From Mobula hypostoma (lineage: Eukaryota), in contig NC_086101.1 of assembly GCF_963921235.1 (NCBI RefSeq), forward strand, positions 18,910,001 to 18,974,000: a stretch of 64,000 bases of DNA, written 5' to 3'. Both the position numbers and the translations under genes were made by a program. How positions within the stretch are numbered: position 1 is the stretch's first letter; each line of letters begins with the position of its first letter. Positions 36,385-48,835 of the stretch are shown piece by piece. The notes under the pieces are model-generated. The model saw nothing but the letters and a program-made list of their open reading frames with translations, made no database searches and had not been told where the DNA came from.

Positions 36385-37100
36385 TACAGACACACGCGCA
36401 CACACCCCCCCCCTTAGAAAAGTATTCATCCCCCTTTGCTCAGGACTTAGTGGAACCACCTCTCATAAGTATTACAGTCTTTGGATAAGTCTCTATTAGC
36501 TTTGCACGACGTGACGGACCAAGATTTGCCCATTCCTTCTTGCTAAATTGCTCAAGCTGTGCCAGGCTAGTTGGGGAGCAGCGGTGGACAGCCATCTTGA
36601 GGTCTTGCCAGAGATGTTCGATTGGGTTAAGGTCAGGACTCTGACTGGGCCAGCCAGGGACATCAATTTTCTTCATTTGAAGCCACTAAAAGCAGTCATC
36701 TCCTTGCCCATAAAGACTTTGCAAAGCGTCACTTAGAAAATACTGTAAAGATATGGAAGAAGGTCTTGTGGTCAGATAAGACTGAAGTGGAACTTTTTGG
36801 CCTCAACACTAAGCAGAACATGTGGCATAAATCTAATACTGCACGTCAGCCAGGTAAGACCATCCCTACTGTCAAGTATGGTGGAGGTAGCATCATGCTG
36901 TGGAGATACTTTTCGGCAGCAGGGACTGGAAACCTGGTCAGGATTGATGGGAAGGTGACTGCAGCTAACTACAGAGAGATCCAGGTTAGAAACCCGCTCG
37001 CCTCTGCCAGAAAGCCCAAAATGGAGAGGAAGTTCATCTCTCAGCAGAACAACAACCCAAAGCACACTGCCAGAGCAATCAGGGAGTGGTTGAATACTTT
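36385..37100. mobile_element. Tc1/mariner relic with internal inversion
   Basis: Minus 36440-36687: WPSQSPDLNPIEHLW; plus 36766-37095: WSDKTEVELFG, KYGGGSIMLW, QQNNNPKHT. Confidence 0.85.
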
Positions 37101-37669
37101 AACAAGGTGTGTGTGTGTGTGTGTGTGTGCAGTAGTGATCGTGGACCATTCAGAAAGCTGACAACAGAGGGGAAGAAGCTGTTTCTTAAATGTTGGGTGC
37201 GTGTCTTCAGGCTCTTGTACCTCTGCTGTGATGGTAGTAATGAGAAGAGGGCATGTCCCTGGGTGCTGGGGTCCCCTGCCCCTGAAATGATGTGTGCTGC
37301 CTTTTTGAGGCATGGCCTTTTGAAGATGCACTGGACGCTGAGGAGGCTGGTGCCCATGATGGAGCTGGCTGGGTTTGCAACTTCCTGCAGTTCTTTCTGA
37401 CCCTCTGCAGTGGCTCCTCCGTAAGACACGGTAAAGCGACCAGTCAGAATGCTCTCCACGGCACATCAGTAGAAATAGACCAAGCCTCCTCAATCTCTTA
37501 ATGAAGTGTAGCCCCCGGCAAACCTTTCTGTGTAACTGCGTCTATATGTTGGGTGCAGGATAAATCTTTAGAGATGTTGGCACTTAGGAATCTCTCCTTT
37601 TCTATTACTGAAGCCTCGATGAGATGTTGCTGGGGGTCGACCTCAGGGCCATGACTAATTTTGATAGAC

Positions 37670-38203
37670 GCTAAATGTCCACTTTGAGGTACACCTCGTT
37701 AATGCAGATAACTAATCAGCCAATCACGTGGCAGCAACTCGGCATCTAAAAGCATGCCGACGTGGTCAAGAGGTTCAGCTGTTGTGCAGACCAAACATCA
37801 GAACAGGGAAGAAATGTGACCCAAGTGACTTTGGCCGTGGAATGATTGTTGGTGCCAGATGGGGTGGTTTGAGTGTCTCAAACTGCTGATCTCCTGGGAT
37901 TTTCACTCTCAACAATCTCTAGAGTTTATAAAGAGTGGTGCATAAATGAAAAAACAAAAATCCAGTGAGCAGCAGTCCTGTGGGCGAAACGCCCTGTTAG
38001 TGAGAGAGGCCAGAGGAGACTGGTTCACAGTGACAGGAGGGCCACAGTAACCGTGCGTTACAACAGCGGTGTCCAGAAGAGCATCTCCGAACGCACCACA
38101 CGTTGAAGAGGATGGGTTACAGCAGCAGAAGGCCCTGAACAGACACTCGGTGGGCACTGCATTGGGTTCGGGAGCTGCCGAACAAACTGGCCACTGAGTG
38201 CGT
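37670..38203 (+). mobile_element. Non-autonomous Tc1-like element
   Basis: Transposase N-terminal remnant (DFGRGMIVGARWGG) and terminal GGCCACTGAGTG(C)GTA. Confidence 0.6.
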
Positions 38204-40199
38204 ATTAATGGTGTGTGAATGCATAACTGTATAGTTTGTAGGTAACCTGGAATGGGGAGGATGGTGACAGGCTCAAGGGGGACCGAGGAAGGCTGTGGAG
38301 ATGGTGACTAACTGGCAGCAGTTTAAATGGTGCACTTTTACCCGTGGAGGGTCTGTGATGACTAGCAGGTCCAGTTTGAAAAAGGAGCTGGAGGAGAGAT
38401 CTGGGGGGTCGAGCTTGATAAGGTGGCGGCTTGAGGCCTGTGGTACTGTGGTACTGTGTGGTGAAGCAGAGCAATTTAACAGGATGACTTACTTGATGAA
38501 AGTGGCACAACTAATGATAATTTCTGAAGGAGAGTTGAACTTGGAGAAGAGGGATTTAAAAAGCGGGATTTTCAGGAGCCTCCCTGAAAGTGGGACGAGT
38601 GGATCCCTTCTGTAAAGAACCGATTATTACAAGAATTTCCCCTTGTAATGATGATCAGGGAGGCACAGAGAGAATCTGTATTTACTGACAGGTACCTTTA
38701 TTGTCTCAACAGAAGAACACACGAACTTGTACAACCAATCCCTGTGTGCACACCAACTAAATTTTTCTGACCTTCCATGAACAGTCAAAGAACAGAAAAT
38801 ATAATCCCAGTTAAGAAGTTTCTGCTTATGGCCACTTGTTCCTCGTAGTCCTGCTTCAAATTGCCACGTCCATGGGGCTCTCCTCATCAACAATAATTCT
38901 TCTCGCGTTGCTGTAGAGTCATCACTGCCTTAATGTGAAAATCCTTGCTTTTGTATTCGTTCCTTACCATTTCAAATGTTACATTCCAGTGTCAATGGCT
39001 GTAGGTCATGTGTGTGACCTTTATACCTTGTTATTGGCTCTGCTTCAGGCCAGCAGCCATTTATTGCCCTCTTCCCAACAAGTGATAGTCGGTCTTCTCA
39101 ATCAGCAACCAGCTTGGATCATGCAGAACAGATTCAGAACCCAACCTGCTTGTTACATCCAACCAAAGAACACCTCACAAATATCTTCTTATTTGGAGAT
39201 GATCCCCAGCTCAGCAGATTACCTGAGGCATCATTGTGTCGACTTTAAAAAAACTGAGTGACTGATTCACAAAATGGAGAAGACAGTCTCTTCGTAAAAT
39301 AGCGGTCTTCATCTCCTCCCTCATGGTAAGAACAAAGGCAATTGGTCTGTCTGCTTCCACTGTCCTTGATTCATTGGAATTTGCTGATTTGTAGACTGTC
39401 GTTCTTTCTGACCAACATGATGCAACCCAATCCCAGTGGGATTCCTTCTTCCACAAGCTCCAAACTAACTGATACATCCTTCAAATGCCACAGCCAGGGC
39501 TGGACCTGGGGGGAGATGTGGGTGGGGGTGTAGGACAATCTGTAGGAGAGGGTTGGGGAGGGAGGGGTGATGTTGGTGCCATTATGATGTGGTTACTTAT
39601 GACTTTGTAAGAATGAGGGTGGTCTCACTGAAACCTATCGAATATTGAAAGCCCTGGATAGAATGGATGTGGAGAGGATGTTTCCTATAGAGGGAAAGTC
39701 TAGGACAGGAGGGCATAGCCTCAGAATACAAGGACATCCCTTTAGAACAGAAATGAGAAGAAATTTCTTGAGCCAAGAGGGTGATGATTCTGTGGAATTC
39801 ATTTCCACAGACGGCTGTGGAGGCCAAGTCATTTAAAATGCAGGTTGATAGGTTCTTGATTAGTCAGGGCATCAGAGGTTACGGGGAGATCTGTGTCCAG
39901 GTTCTGGACTGCCATTTCATTATGAGGAACAGTTTCTTGCACTTCCTCGACCCCGGTACAGGCACTTTGTTCAGGCAGGTCCCTGTTCATTTCAACACTG
40001 GAGACTGCATCCGCAGAGCCCATAGAGGTGTGTTGGGTTTCTGACCGCTTCTGGGCCGTAATCTTGATGATATAAAATAAAAGTCCTGACACTCCCCCTG
40101 CAACTGAGCTTGATTCTCAGTTCTCACACGTACAAGTCAACAAACCCGTAGAGGATATCAGTAAAATACAACAATGCACAATATGCATGTATTCATTTC

Positions 40200-41880
40200 T
40201 GTGACATTGGACACTCACCAATATACTTACCAACAAAATGCTCTACGACAGATACCACAACATCTGTCATGCACCTTGCCCTGACGCACCTACAGAACAA
40301 GGACCCTTCTGCCAGGACATTGTTTCTGGATTTCAGTTTGGTGTTCGACACTTGTGCCACAGATCTTGGTGGAAAAACTACTCCTTGGTACAAATACACC
40401 CCTGTAATGGGTGTCGGACTTCCTAACCAGCAGACCTCTGATAGTCCGGATGCAAAACTGCTCCTCACTTCCCATCATCCCCAACACAAGTGCCCCCCCA
40501 AGCTGTGCACCGATCCCACTGCTGTATGCTCTGCTCAGCCGTGACTGCATACCCACACACCCGAGTAATCACATTGCCAAGTTTGCCGGTGACACGACAG
40601 TGGTGGGGTTCATCACCAACCACAACGAGGTGTGCTACAGAGAGAGGAGGTGGAAGGGCTCGAGGAACAATTATTTTGTTTTTCTTTACGCTTGTGTACC
40701 AGAAACTATATTAAACAGTCTAGGAGTTTAACCATAGTATATGGTTTAATGGGAGTAAAGGTGCCAGGCAAATAACGTCTTCCTCTGTGTCAACAAGACT
40801 CAGGAGACGGTTATCAACTTCAGGAGAACTCACACCCCCCTCTCCACCCCGCCTTTACATCGGCGATGTAGCAGTACAAACTGTGAACCGTTTCAAACCC
40901 TTGGGAGTGCACATCCCACGTAACCTCTCGTGGTCCCACAACACATCCTACACAGTCAAGAAAGCTCACCATTGCCTCTTCTCTCTCTGAGGAGGGTGAA
41001 AAGAGCTGAACTTTACCCGTCCATACTCCCGCCATTCTACAGGTGCTCAGTGCAGGGTGTCCTAAAATGCTGTATCACTGCTTGTTACGGAAACTGCACT
41101 ACAGGCAGACAGGAAGGCTCTATAGTGGGTAGTCAAAACTGCACTACAGGCGGACAGGAAGGCTCTATAGTCGGTAGTCAAAACTGCACTACAGGCGGAC
41201 AGGAAGGCTCTATAGTCGGTAGTCAAAACTGCACTACAGGCGGACAGGAAGGCTCTATAGTCGGTAGTCAAAACTGCACTACAGGCGGACAGGAAGGCTC
41301 TATAGTCGGTAGTCAAAACTGCACTACAGGCAGACAGGAAGGCGCTATAGTCGGTAGTCAAAACTGCACTACAGGCGGACAGGAAGGCTCTATAGTCGGT
41401 AGTCAAAACTGCCCGACCCATCACCAGCACACCCACCATCAAGGACAAAGGTACTGGAAACGGGCCAGTAACATCGTGAGGGATCCCACCCACCCTGCTG
41501 GTGGATAGTTTGACCACTCCCATCAAGGAGGAGGCTACAGAATGTCTATGCCAGACACAAAAACAGTCATTTTACCCAAGCAGTAAGGCTGATCAATGCC
41601 TCCACCCACTGACCAACCCTCCATACCCCCAACCACCACTACTTTATCATTTCCTGTCAGTCACCTTAAGTACAGACACTCCTGTGCCTAGTGTCACTTT
41701 ATGGATGTACAATTGATCTGCGTATACAAGTTGTGTATTTATACTACTGTGTTTTTTTAAAACTTATTGTGTTCTTTATGTTACTATGCTTTTTGTGCTG
41801 CATTGGACCCGGAGTAACAAGTATTTCAGTCTCCCTTACACCTGTGTACGGGAAATTACATTGAACAGTCTTGAATCTCA
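40200..41880 (+). mobile_element. Decayed Rex1/Babar-type LINE
   Basis: ARTLFLDFSLVFDT, HIAKFAGDTTVVG, FKPLGVHI remnants; boundaries approximate. Confidence 0.75.
41093..41412. repeat. 45-bp minisatellite, 7 copies, inside a LINE
   Basis: Unit AACTGCACTACAGGCGGACAGGAAGGCTCTATAGTCGGTAGTCAA. Confidence 0.95.
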
Positions 41881-42489
41881 AACGTAGTATATGGTTTAAT
41901 GGGAGTAAAGGATTATGCTGGTTTATGGAAGATATCTGTGTGTAATTGTGCAAGTGAGCCTGAGCAGGGATGAAATGACCTAGTGTATTTTCCAGCAGAA
42001 ATTCCTGCCAGTGTTCCTAATAGTTTTATTGATCCCACAAGCTGAGAGTGCATTATACAACCCTGTAATAGTCGGTCTTTTTCCAAGGGGAGGGCAGTCT
42101 AAATCTAGAGGGCACAGGTTGAAGGTCAGAGGGAAAGCTGTAAGGCTGATCTGAGGGGCGTTACATGGACGAGTTGGCACGTTTTCAGATGATAGGGGGT
42201 TTGATGTTGTGGATAGTGTGGAAGATCAGCAAAGGATACAGTGGGATATCGATCGGTTGCAGATATGTTGGGGGTGGGGGAGAAATGGCAGCTGGAGTTA
42301 AATGCGAAGTCTTCCACTTCTGGAGATGAACTGGTACACTGTTAGTGGCAAACGCCTTAACAGTGCTGATGTACGGTGCGTGAAGCCTGCGATCCAGGGT
42401 TCAAGATCGTTTATTTCATTCTTGAATATAAGGGGGAGCAAAATGATTGTTGCTGCAGCGGAAAGAAAACACAATAAGCATAAAGAATA

Positions 42490-43830
42490 CAAAAAACATC
42501 ACACCATCCCGTGAAAACCCAGCTAGCAGAGGTCTTTTGGACTGCTTTAATGTCTGTCTGAAACAGTCCACTGTCCCTGCAGGCTTCAGGGCAGCACCAT
42601 CATTCCGGCCGGTGCCCAAAAGAGTGACAGTAACCGGACTAAATGATCACAGCCCAGAGGCGTGAAGTGCTTTGAGTGGCTGGTAATGGATTGTATAAAA
42701 CCCCACCTTCCAGCTACATTGGACACTTTCCAGTTCGACTATCAGTCTTCGACTCTGCCCTGTCCCACTAGGAGACAATGCTTCATATGCCAGGATGTTT
42801 ATTAATCAATTTCAGCTCGGTGTTTAACACCGTCATCCCTCGCAGCCACTGCATAAACTTTCCTCGTTGGGACTCTACGCCCCTCTCTATAACGGGATCT
42901 TGGATTTCTCCATGGTAAAACCCAGTCAGTCCAAGTTGGCAGCAACATCTCAAGCTCCAGCTCACTGAGTACTGGTGCCCCCAGGGCTGTGAGCTCAGCC
43001 TGCTGCTGTTTACACTGCTGACTCACGACCACACTGCCACATCAAGCTGAAACCACACCATCAATTCTCTGATGATACGACAGTGCTCGGCCTCATCAGC
43101 AACAACGATGAGTGGGCACACAGAGAGGAGGTAGAGAGGTTAGTCAGACGGTACAAGAACAACAATCTAAATCTCAGCGTAGACAAGACCAAAGAGATGA
43201 TTGTAGGCTTCAGGAAGGCACAGGTAGACCACTTTCCACTGCACATCAATGACCCTGCCGAGGAGAGAGTGACGAGCACAAGTCCCTTGGTCTGCACATA
43301 CGCCTGATCTAACCTGGACACACAACACCACCTCACTAGTCGAGAAGGCACAACAGCGTCCACACTTCTGGAGAAGATTGAGGCGTGCAAAGCTGCCTGC
43401 CCCCATTCTAACAACTTTATACAGGAGCATCAACCAAAGTGTCCTGTCTGGCCGCGTCGTCGTGCGGTACGGGGGCCGCGTCGTCGTGCGGTACGGGGGC
43501 CACGTCGTCGTGCGGTACGGGGGCCACGTCGTCGTGCGGTACGGGGGCTGCGTCGTCGTGCGGTACGGAGGCTGCAAGGGATCAGACTGCAGAGGATAGT
43601 GAAAACTGCTATGAGGATTATTGGGGTTTCCCGCCCCCTATTTGTGACATTTACCAAGGGCACTGCAGACAAACGGCCCAAAACATTGTTGTGGATCCCT
43701 ACCACCCATGATCACTTTGACCCACTGCCGTCAGGAAGGAGGTACAGGAGCACCAGGACTAGAACTGCCAGACTGGGTAACAGCTCCTTCCCTCGAGCTG
43801 TGAGACTAATGAATACCCTGCCCCCACCAG
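42490..43830 (+). mobile_element. Decayed Rex1/Babar-type LINE
   Basis: LNLSVDKTKEMIVGFRK and FDPLPSGRRYRS remnants; RT motifs frameshifted. Confidence 0.78.
43450..43570. repeat. 24-bp CpG-rich tandem repeat, 5 copies
   Basis: Unit GGCC(G/A)CGTCGTCGTGCGGTACGGG. Confidence 0.9.
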
Positions 43831-44121
43831 GATAGCCAGCTGTTTACTGTTTACCTGTGCATTTTTGTGTTATATTTTAGTAATTAGTTTATGGTAATAT
43901 TTTGTTTTGTGATGAGGCCCTCCGTTGATTGGGCTCGACCATAGATGCTGCGTCCTAGCTGTCGCACACAAGCCCGGGCGATGGTTTATGTACTGTGTGT
44001 GATATGTGTTTTGTGGGTGCACCGTGGTCCAAGGGAACATTGTTTCATTTGGTTGTATCTGTGTGCAGTTAGATGGCCATAACTTTGAACTTGAAAAGAC
44101 AATGTACAAGCAGCTGTTATA

Positions 44122-45695
44122 GAGTGGTGCTAGAAAGTTTGCGATCCCTGTAGAATTTTCTCTGTTTCTGCATAAATATGACCTAAAATGTGGTCGGATG
44201 TTCACGCAAGTCCTAAAACTAGATAAAGAGAAATTAATCAAATAACACACAAAACATTGTGCTTGTTCATTTATTTATTGAGGAAAAATGATCCAATAAT
44301 CATGTATTTGTTGGAAAAAGTATGTGAACCACTGAGGTAATGCCTTCTACAAAAGGTATTTGGAGTCAGGTGTTCCAATCAATGAGATGAGATTGGAGGT
44401 GTGGGTTGTAGAGGTGCCCTGCCCTATAAAAAAGGCACACACAAAGGCAAAGCCTGCTCTTCTCATGAAAGATCTGCTTATGTGCACCATGCCGCGATCA
44501 AAACAACTTTCAGAGGACCTTTGAAGAATTGTAGAGATGCATGAAGCTGGAAAAGGCTACAAAAGCATTTCTAAAGACTGGAGTGTTAATCAGTCCACAG
44601 TAAGAGATATTGTCTACAAATGGGGAAACTCAGTATTGTCACTACTCTCCCTAGGAGCGGGCATCCTGCAAAGATCACATCAGTACTGAAGGAGGTGAAA
44701 AATAACCCAAGGTTAACACCAAAGAGACTTGCAGAAATCTCTAGAACTTGCTAAAGTCTCTGTTCATGTGTCCACTATAAGAAAAACACTGAACAAGAGT
44801 GGTGTTCATGGAAAGATACCACTGAGGAAACTACTGCTGTCCAAATAAAAAGCATTACTGCTTGTCTCAAGTTTACAAAAGAGCACCTGGATGTTCTACA
44901 ATGCTTCTGGGACAATATTCTGTGGACAGATGAGACAGCATTTTAACTTTTTGGCAGAAATGCACATTGCTACGTTTGGAGGAAAAGGTGGACTGCACAC
45001 CAACACCAAAACCTCATTCCAACTGTGAGACATGGTGGAGGGAGCATCATGGTTTGGGGCTGCTTGCCTCTGGACCTGGACAGCTCGCAATGGTTGAGGG
45101 AACAATTCATTCAAAATTGTTTCAAGACATTTTACAGGAGTAGCAGTCCATCACCTGAAGCTTAATAGAAGTTGGATAATACAACGAGACAGTGATCCAA
45201 GAGACAAGAGTAAATCAACAACGGAATGATTTAAAAAGAAAATATGTGTTTTGGAATGGCCAAGTCAGAGTCTTGACCTTAATCCTGTAGAAATGTTGTG
45301 GAAGGACGTGAAGCAAGCAGTTCACGCAAGGAAGTCCACCGACATCCCAGAGTTGAAGAGTGTGAGGAGGAATGGCCTAAAATTCCTGCAAGCCGATGTG
45401 CAGGACTGATCAACAGTTAATGGAAATGTTTGGTTGAAGTTGCTGCTGTACAAGGGGATCACATCGGTTACTGAAAGCAAAGGTTCACATTCGTTCTTCG
45501 ACAAGTACATGTAATGTTGGATTATTTTTCTCAATAAATTAACAAGTATCATGTTTTTGTGTAATATTTATGTAATTGTGTTCCCTATCTAGTTTTAGGA
45601 CTTGCGTGAAGATCTGATCGATCTGATCACATTTTGGGTCACCTTTATGCAGAAATAGAGAAAATTCTACAGGGTTCACGAATTTTCTAGCACTG
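44122..45695 (+). mobile_element. Near full-length decayed Tc1 transposon
   Basis: Long terminal inverted repeats (GTGCTAGAAAGTTTG...CCCTGTAGAATTTTCTC / GAGAAAATTCTACAGGGTTCACGAATTTTCTAGCAC); ATG 44489 [39 protein letters not shown] with stops and frameshifts. Confidence 0.9.
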
Positions 45696-46940
45696 TTTAT
45701 ACTATATGTACATAAAACGATTGTAGTGATGTGTGTTGTGTGTATTGGTGGGAGTGTGGGTAATGACAGGGTGTTGATCAGCCTGACTGCTTGGGGGAAG
45801 TAATGGTCTTTGGGTCTGGATGGTTGTGGCCTGTTCCCCATTGGGACTGGGGAAAAATGGATCTTTTAAAGCAGGGTGGTGGGTAGGATCCTTCAAGATG
45901 TTGCTGGCCTTTTCCCGGCACCTGATGTGTGTCTTTGGAGGGTGAGGCTTTGGCCACTTTTAACTTCCCGTTGTAGAGCTCTCCTGTCCGCTGCAGTGCA
46001 GTTCCTGCAGCACACAGTGAAGCAGCATGTTGGGGTGCTCTCAGCTGCGCGTCTGTAGACGGTCGTGAGTGTTGATGGGCACAGACCAGCTCTCTTTGGC
46101 CTCCTCAGGAAGTAGAGGCGTTGGCGAGCATTATTGATGGTGTAGGACGTGTTCTGGGACCAGGAGAGGTTGTGTAAGACAGGGGGGGTTTGAAATTGGC
46201 CAGTTTCCATCGCTATGCCACCGATGTAAAGGGAGATGAGAGTGGTGCGGGTTTTCCTGAAGTCGATAACCAACTCTCTTGTCTTGTTGACACTGAGGAA
46301 GGGGTTATTTGCCTGGCAGTGGGCCTTGAGCAAAGTGGAACAAACTGATCCCTCCTGCCCCCACCCCCAGGGTGTGAGTCTGTCATAAGCAAATGGTAAG
46401 GCAGGGTGATTCTCCCACCCTTTCACTGTCCCCGTGATGCCCTCTGATAATGGACCGACCATCTCCACCTTTGACGCCTGCCCCTGATTCTGTGGCACAG
46501 CCGGTAGAGCCGCTGCCTCACGGCCCCAGGGTCCGGCACTGTCTGGTGTGAAGTCTGCACCTTCTCCCCTGGCAGTTCTGGGTTCCGCCAAATTCTGGAG
46601 ATTAATCAGTGCTGGAAGGTATTAGAGGGGAGGGAGGGGGAGACAATGAAATTGATGGCAGAGGGGAAGAAACTGCCTCCAACATGGAGTGTGGTAGCGA
46701 TGAGAAGAGGGGATGGTGATGGATGCCACCGCCTTAAGGCACCGTCTTTTCGGAGTCATTGCTCCAGAGTCGCTGCGCGGTGCGGTTGGTAAACGCTTCG
46801 CATCTTTCACAGGGCTCAGCGATCCGCAGTCTCCGCGTAGCCGACTCTTCCGCAGCTGCTGACGGAGGGGTGGGAGGCGGTGACGCCCAGAGTTTCACCC
46901 TGTCCCGGGATTGATGGACATAGAGGCCGAGTGCAGCACG

Positions 46941-47009
46941 ATGGCAGAGGCAGCAGGCACCTCGGCGACCGTCACAGAGACCGTGGATGGCAGCCAGCCT
47001 GCGGACACG
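46941..47009 (+). CDS. PPP1R11: Protein phosphatase 1 regulatory inhibitor subunit 11, coding exon 1
   Basis: MAEAAGTSATVTETVDGSQPADT resembles the MAEAGAGLSETVTET start of mammalian PPP1R11; donor ACG|GTGAGT at 47010; the exon probably starts at 46813; an in-frame upstream ATG lies at 46914. Confidence 0.88.
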
Positions 47010-47226
47010 GTGAGTAGCCCCCGCCCCGCCCCGCCGTCCCGGAGGCCAGGCAGAGCGGTAAAGATCAGCTTTATTTGGTCTTCACCTGTACATTATGATG
47101 ACTGTCCAATGCATCGTTTACGTCGGAAACGTGCTGGGGGCAGCCCACAAGCGTTACCACACTTCCGGCACCAACATGACATGCCCACAACCTATTAACC
47201 CTTTGGAGTGTGGGAGGAAACCAGAG

Positions 47227-47872
47227 TGTCAACCGCCAGACCAAATAACGGCAGCACAAAAAGATCGTTACTTATCTTTACACTTGTTTATTTCTCCGAG
47301 CTCAGCCGGCGAGTGAACTTGGTCCCAACATCAGGGGAGAGAATTGTTCTCTTCCCTCCAGCAGTTCAACAAGTTCACTGTTTGCCTTCCCGAATTGTTA
47401 CAATTTATAAAGCCACCGATACAGTTTGATAACTATTCCGGCCAAGTCAATGGACTATTGATGCAAAAGAACAATCAGTTTGTTAACTATTCCGGCCAAG
47501 TCAATGGACTATTGATACGGAGAACAATCAGTTTGATAGACACTCCAGCCACTTTAATTAAAGAAAGGAAAGTCCTACCTGGTTTGGAGCCAAAACTTAA
47601 TTTCAAAGATAAGAACGTCCACCAATTTATGCTATAATTAAGAAAGGAATATCCTGTCTAATTCCCATCAGGTACCGTCTTCTGTCAAAACCAAAATCAG
47701 GAGACATCTTTTGTGGGTCTGTCTGAACTTTAACCCTTCTTGCTCCAAAGAAGCAGCTGTGAGACTTTATTCAAACACACTGCAGTTACTCACAAAATAC
47801 ACATACATAGTCAGTACTTAACCCATTATTTACAGAAATCTGAGAATCCCCCAATTCCCTTAAATTTTATCA
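47227..47872 (-). mobile_element. Solo LTR, copy 2 (same family as 3591-4246)
   Basis: TG...CA ends, AGAG/GGAG flanks, splits a SINE (GGAGGAAACC.GAG|CACCCGGAGG). Confidence 0.85.
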
Positions 47873-48726
47873 GGAGCACCCGGAGGCATCCCACGTTGTC
47901 CCAGGGAGAACATGCAACCTCCTTACAGACAGTGGCAGGAGTTGAACCCTGATCTTCCAGTTGCTGGTGCTGTACAGCATTGCACTAACGGCTACACTAC
48001 TGTGCTGACTGAAGTAATTCTTCAGAAGAATAAGAAATTGGAGCAGGACTGGGCCATTTGGCCCATCAAGCCTGCTCCCTCATTCGATCAGATTATGGCT
48101 GATTTGGCCATGGACTTTGGTCCACTTACCCCTAGATTTCCCTCCAAATTTCTCTGCTAAGCAACAATCTAACAGTGTTTTTTATTTTTATATATGTGTG
48201 TTTCGAGTTCAAAACCTTTTGTGTATTCTTTCTAGTGATCTTAGAACATCAAATGTTACAGAACAGGCCCTTCGGCCCACGATGATTTAACCTACTTTAA
48301 CCTACTCTAAAATCAGTCTAACCCTTCCGTCCTACATGGCCCTCCATTCTTCTATCATCCATGTGCCTATCTAAGGGTTTTTAAAATGTCACTGATGTAC
48401 CTGCCTCGTACTGAACAACTATAGTGTAATGGTAGTTTAACACAACTACAGGCCCAGTGACCCGGGTTCAGTTCTGCTGTCTGTAAGGAGTTTGTACTGT
48501 GATGGCGAGGGTTTCCTTTGGGTGTTCTGGACGTTGCGGTGACGATACTCTCCCTTAGCAACACGTACAAAACGCTTGTGGAGCTCAGCAGGTCATTCAG
48601 GGGTGTGGACGGGTGCCCCCTCACCTGCTGAGTCCCTGCAGCAGTTTGTGCGTGCGTGTGCGAGTTGTTCGGGATTTTCAGCATCTGCAGAGCCTCCTGT
48701 AATCCGCTCTCCCCCCCCCACCCCAG

Positions 48727-48835
48727 GAAAACCGCAGCATCACCATCAGGCTGAGGAAGCGCAAGACGAATAAGAAAGTGGAGTGGTCGAGCGACACCGT
48801 GGACAACGAGCATTTGGGCCGGCGCTCCTCCAAGT
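48727..48835 (+). CDS. PPP1R11: PPP1R11 coding exon 2 (PP1-binding RVxF/W motif KKVEW)
   Basis: [36 protein letters not shown]; CAG acceptor ending 48726, phase-1 donor GTAAGT at 48836. Confidence 0.96.

Noticed and set aside
34023-46941. N-terminally extended PPP1R11 from ATG 34023 by splicing or readthrough
   Set aside because: In frame after splicing but blocked by two TGA stops (46860 and 46881).
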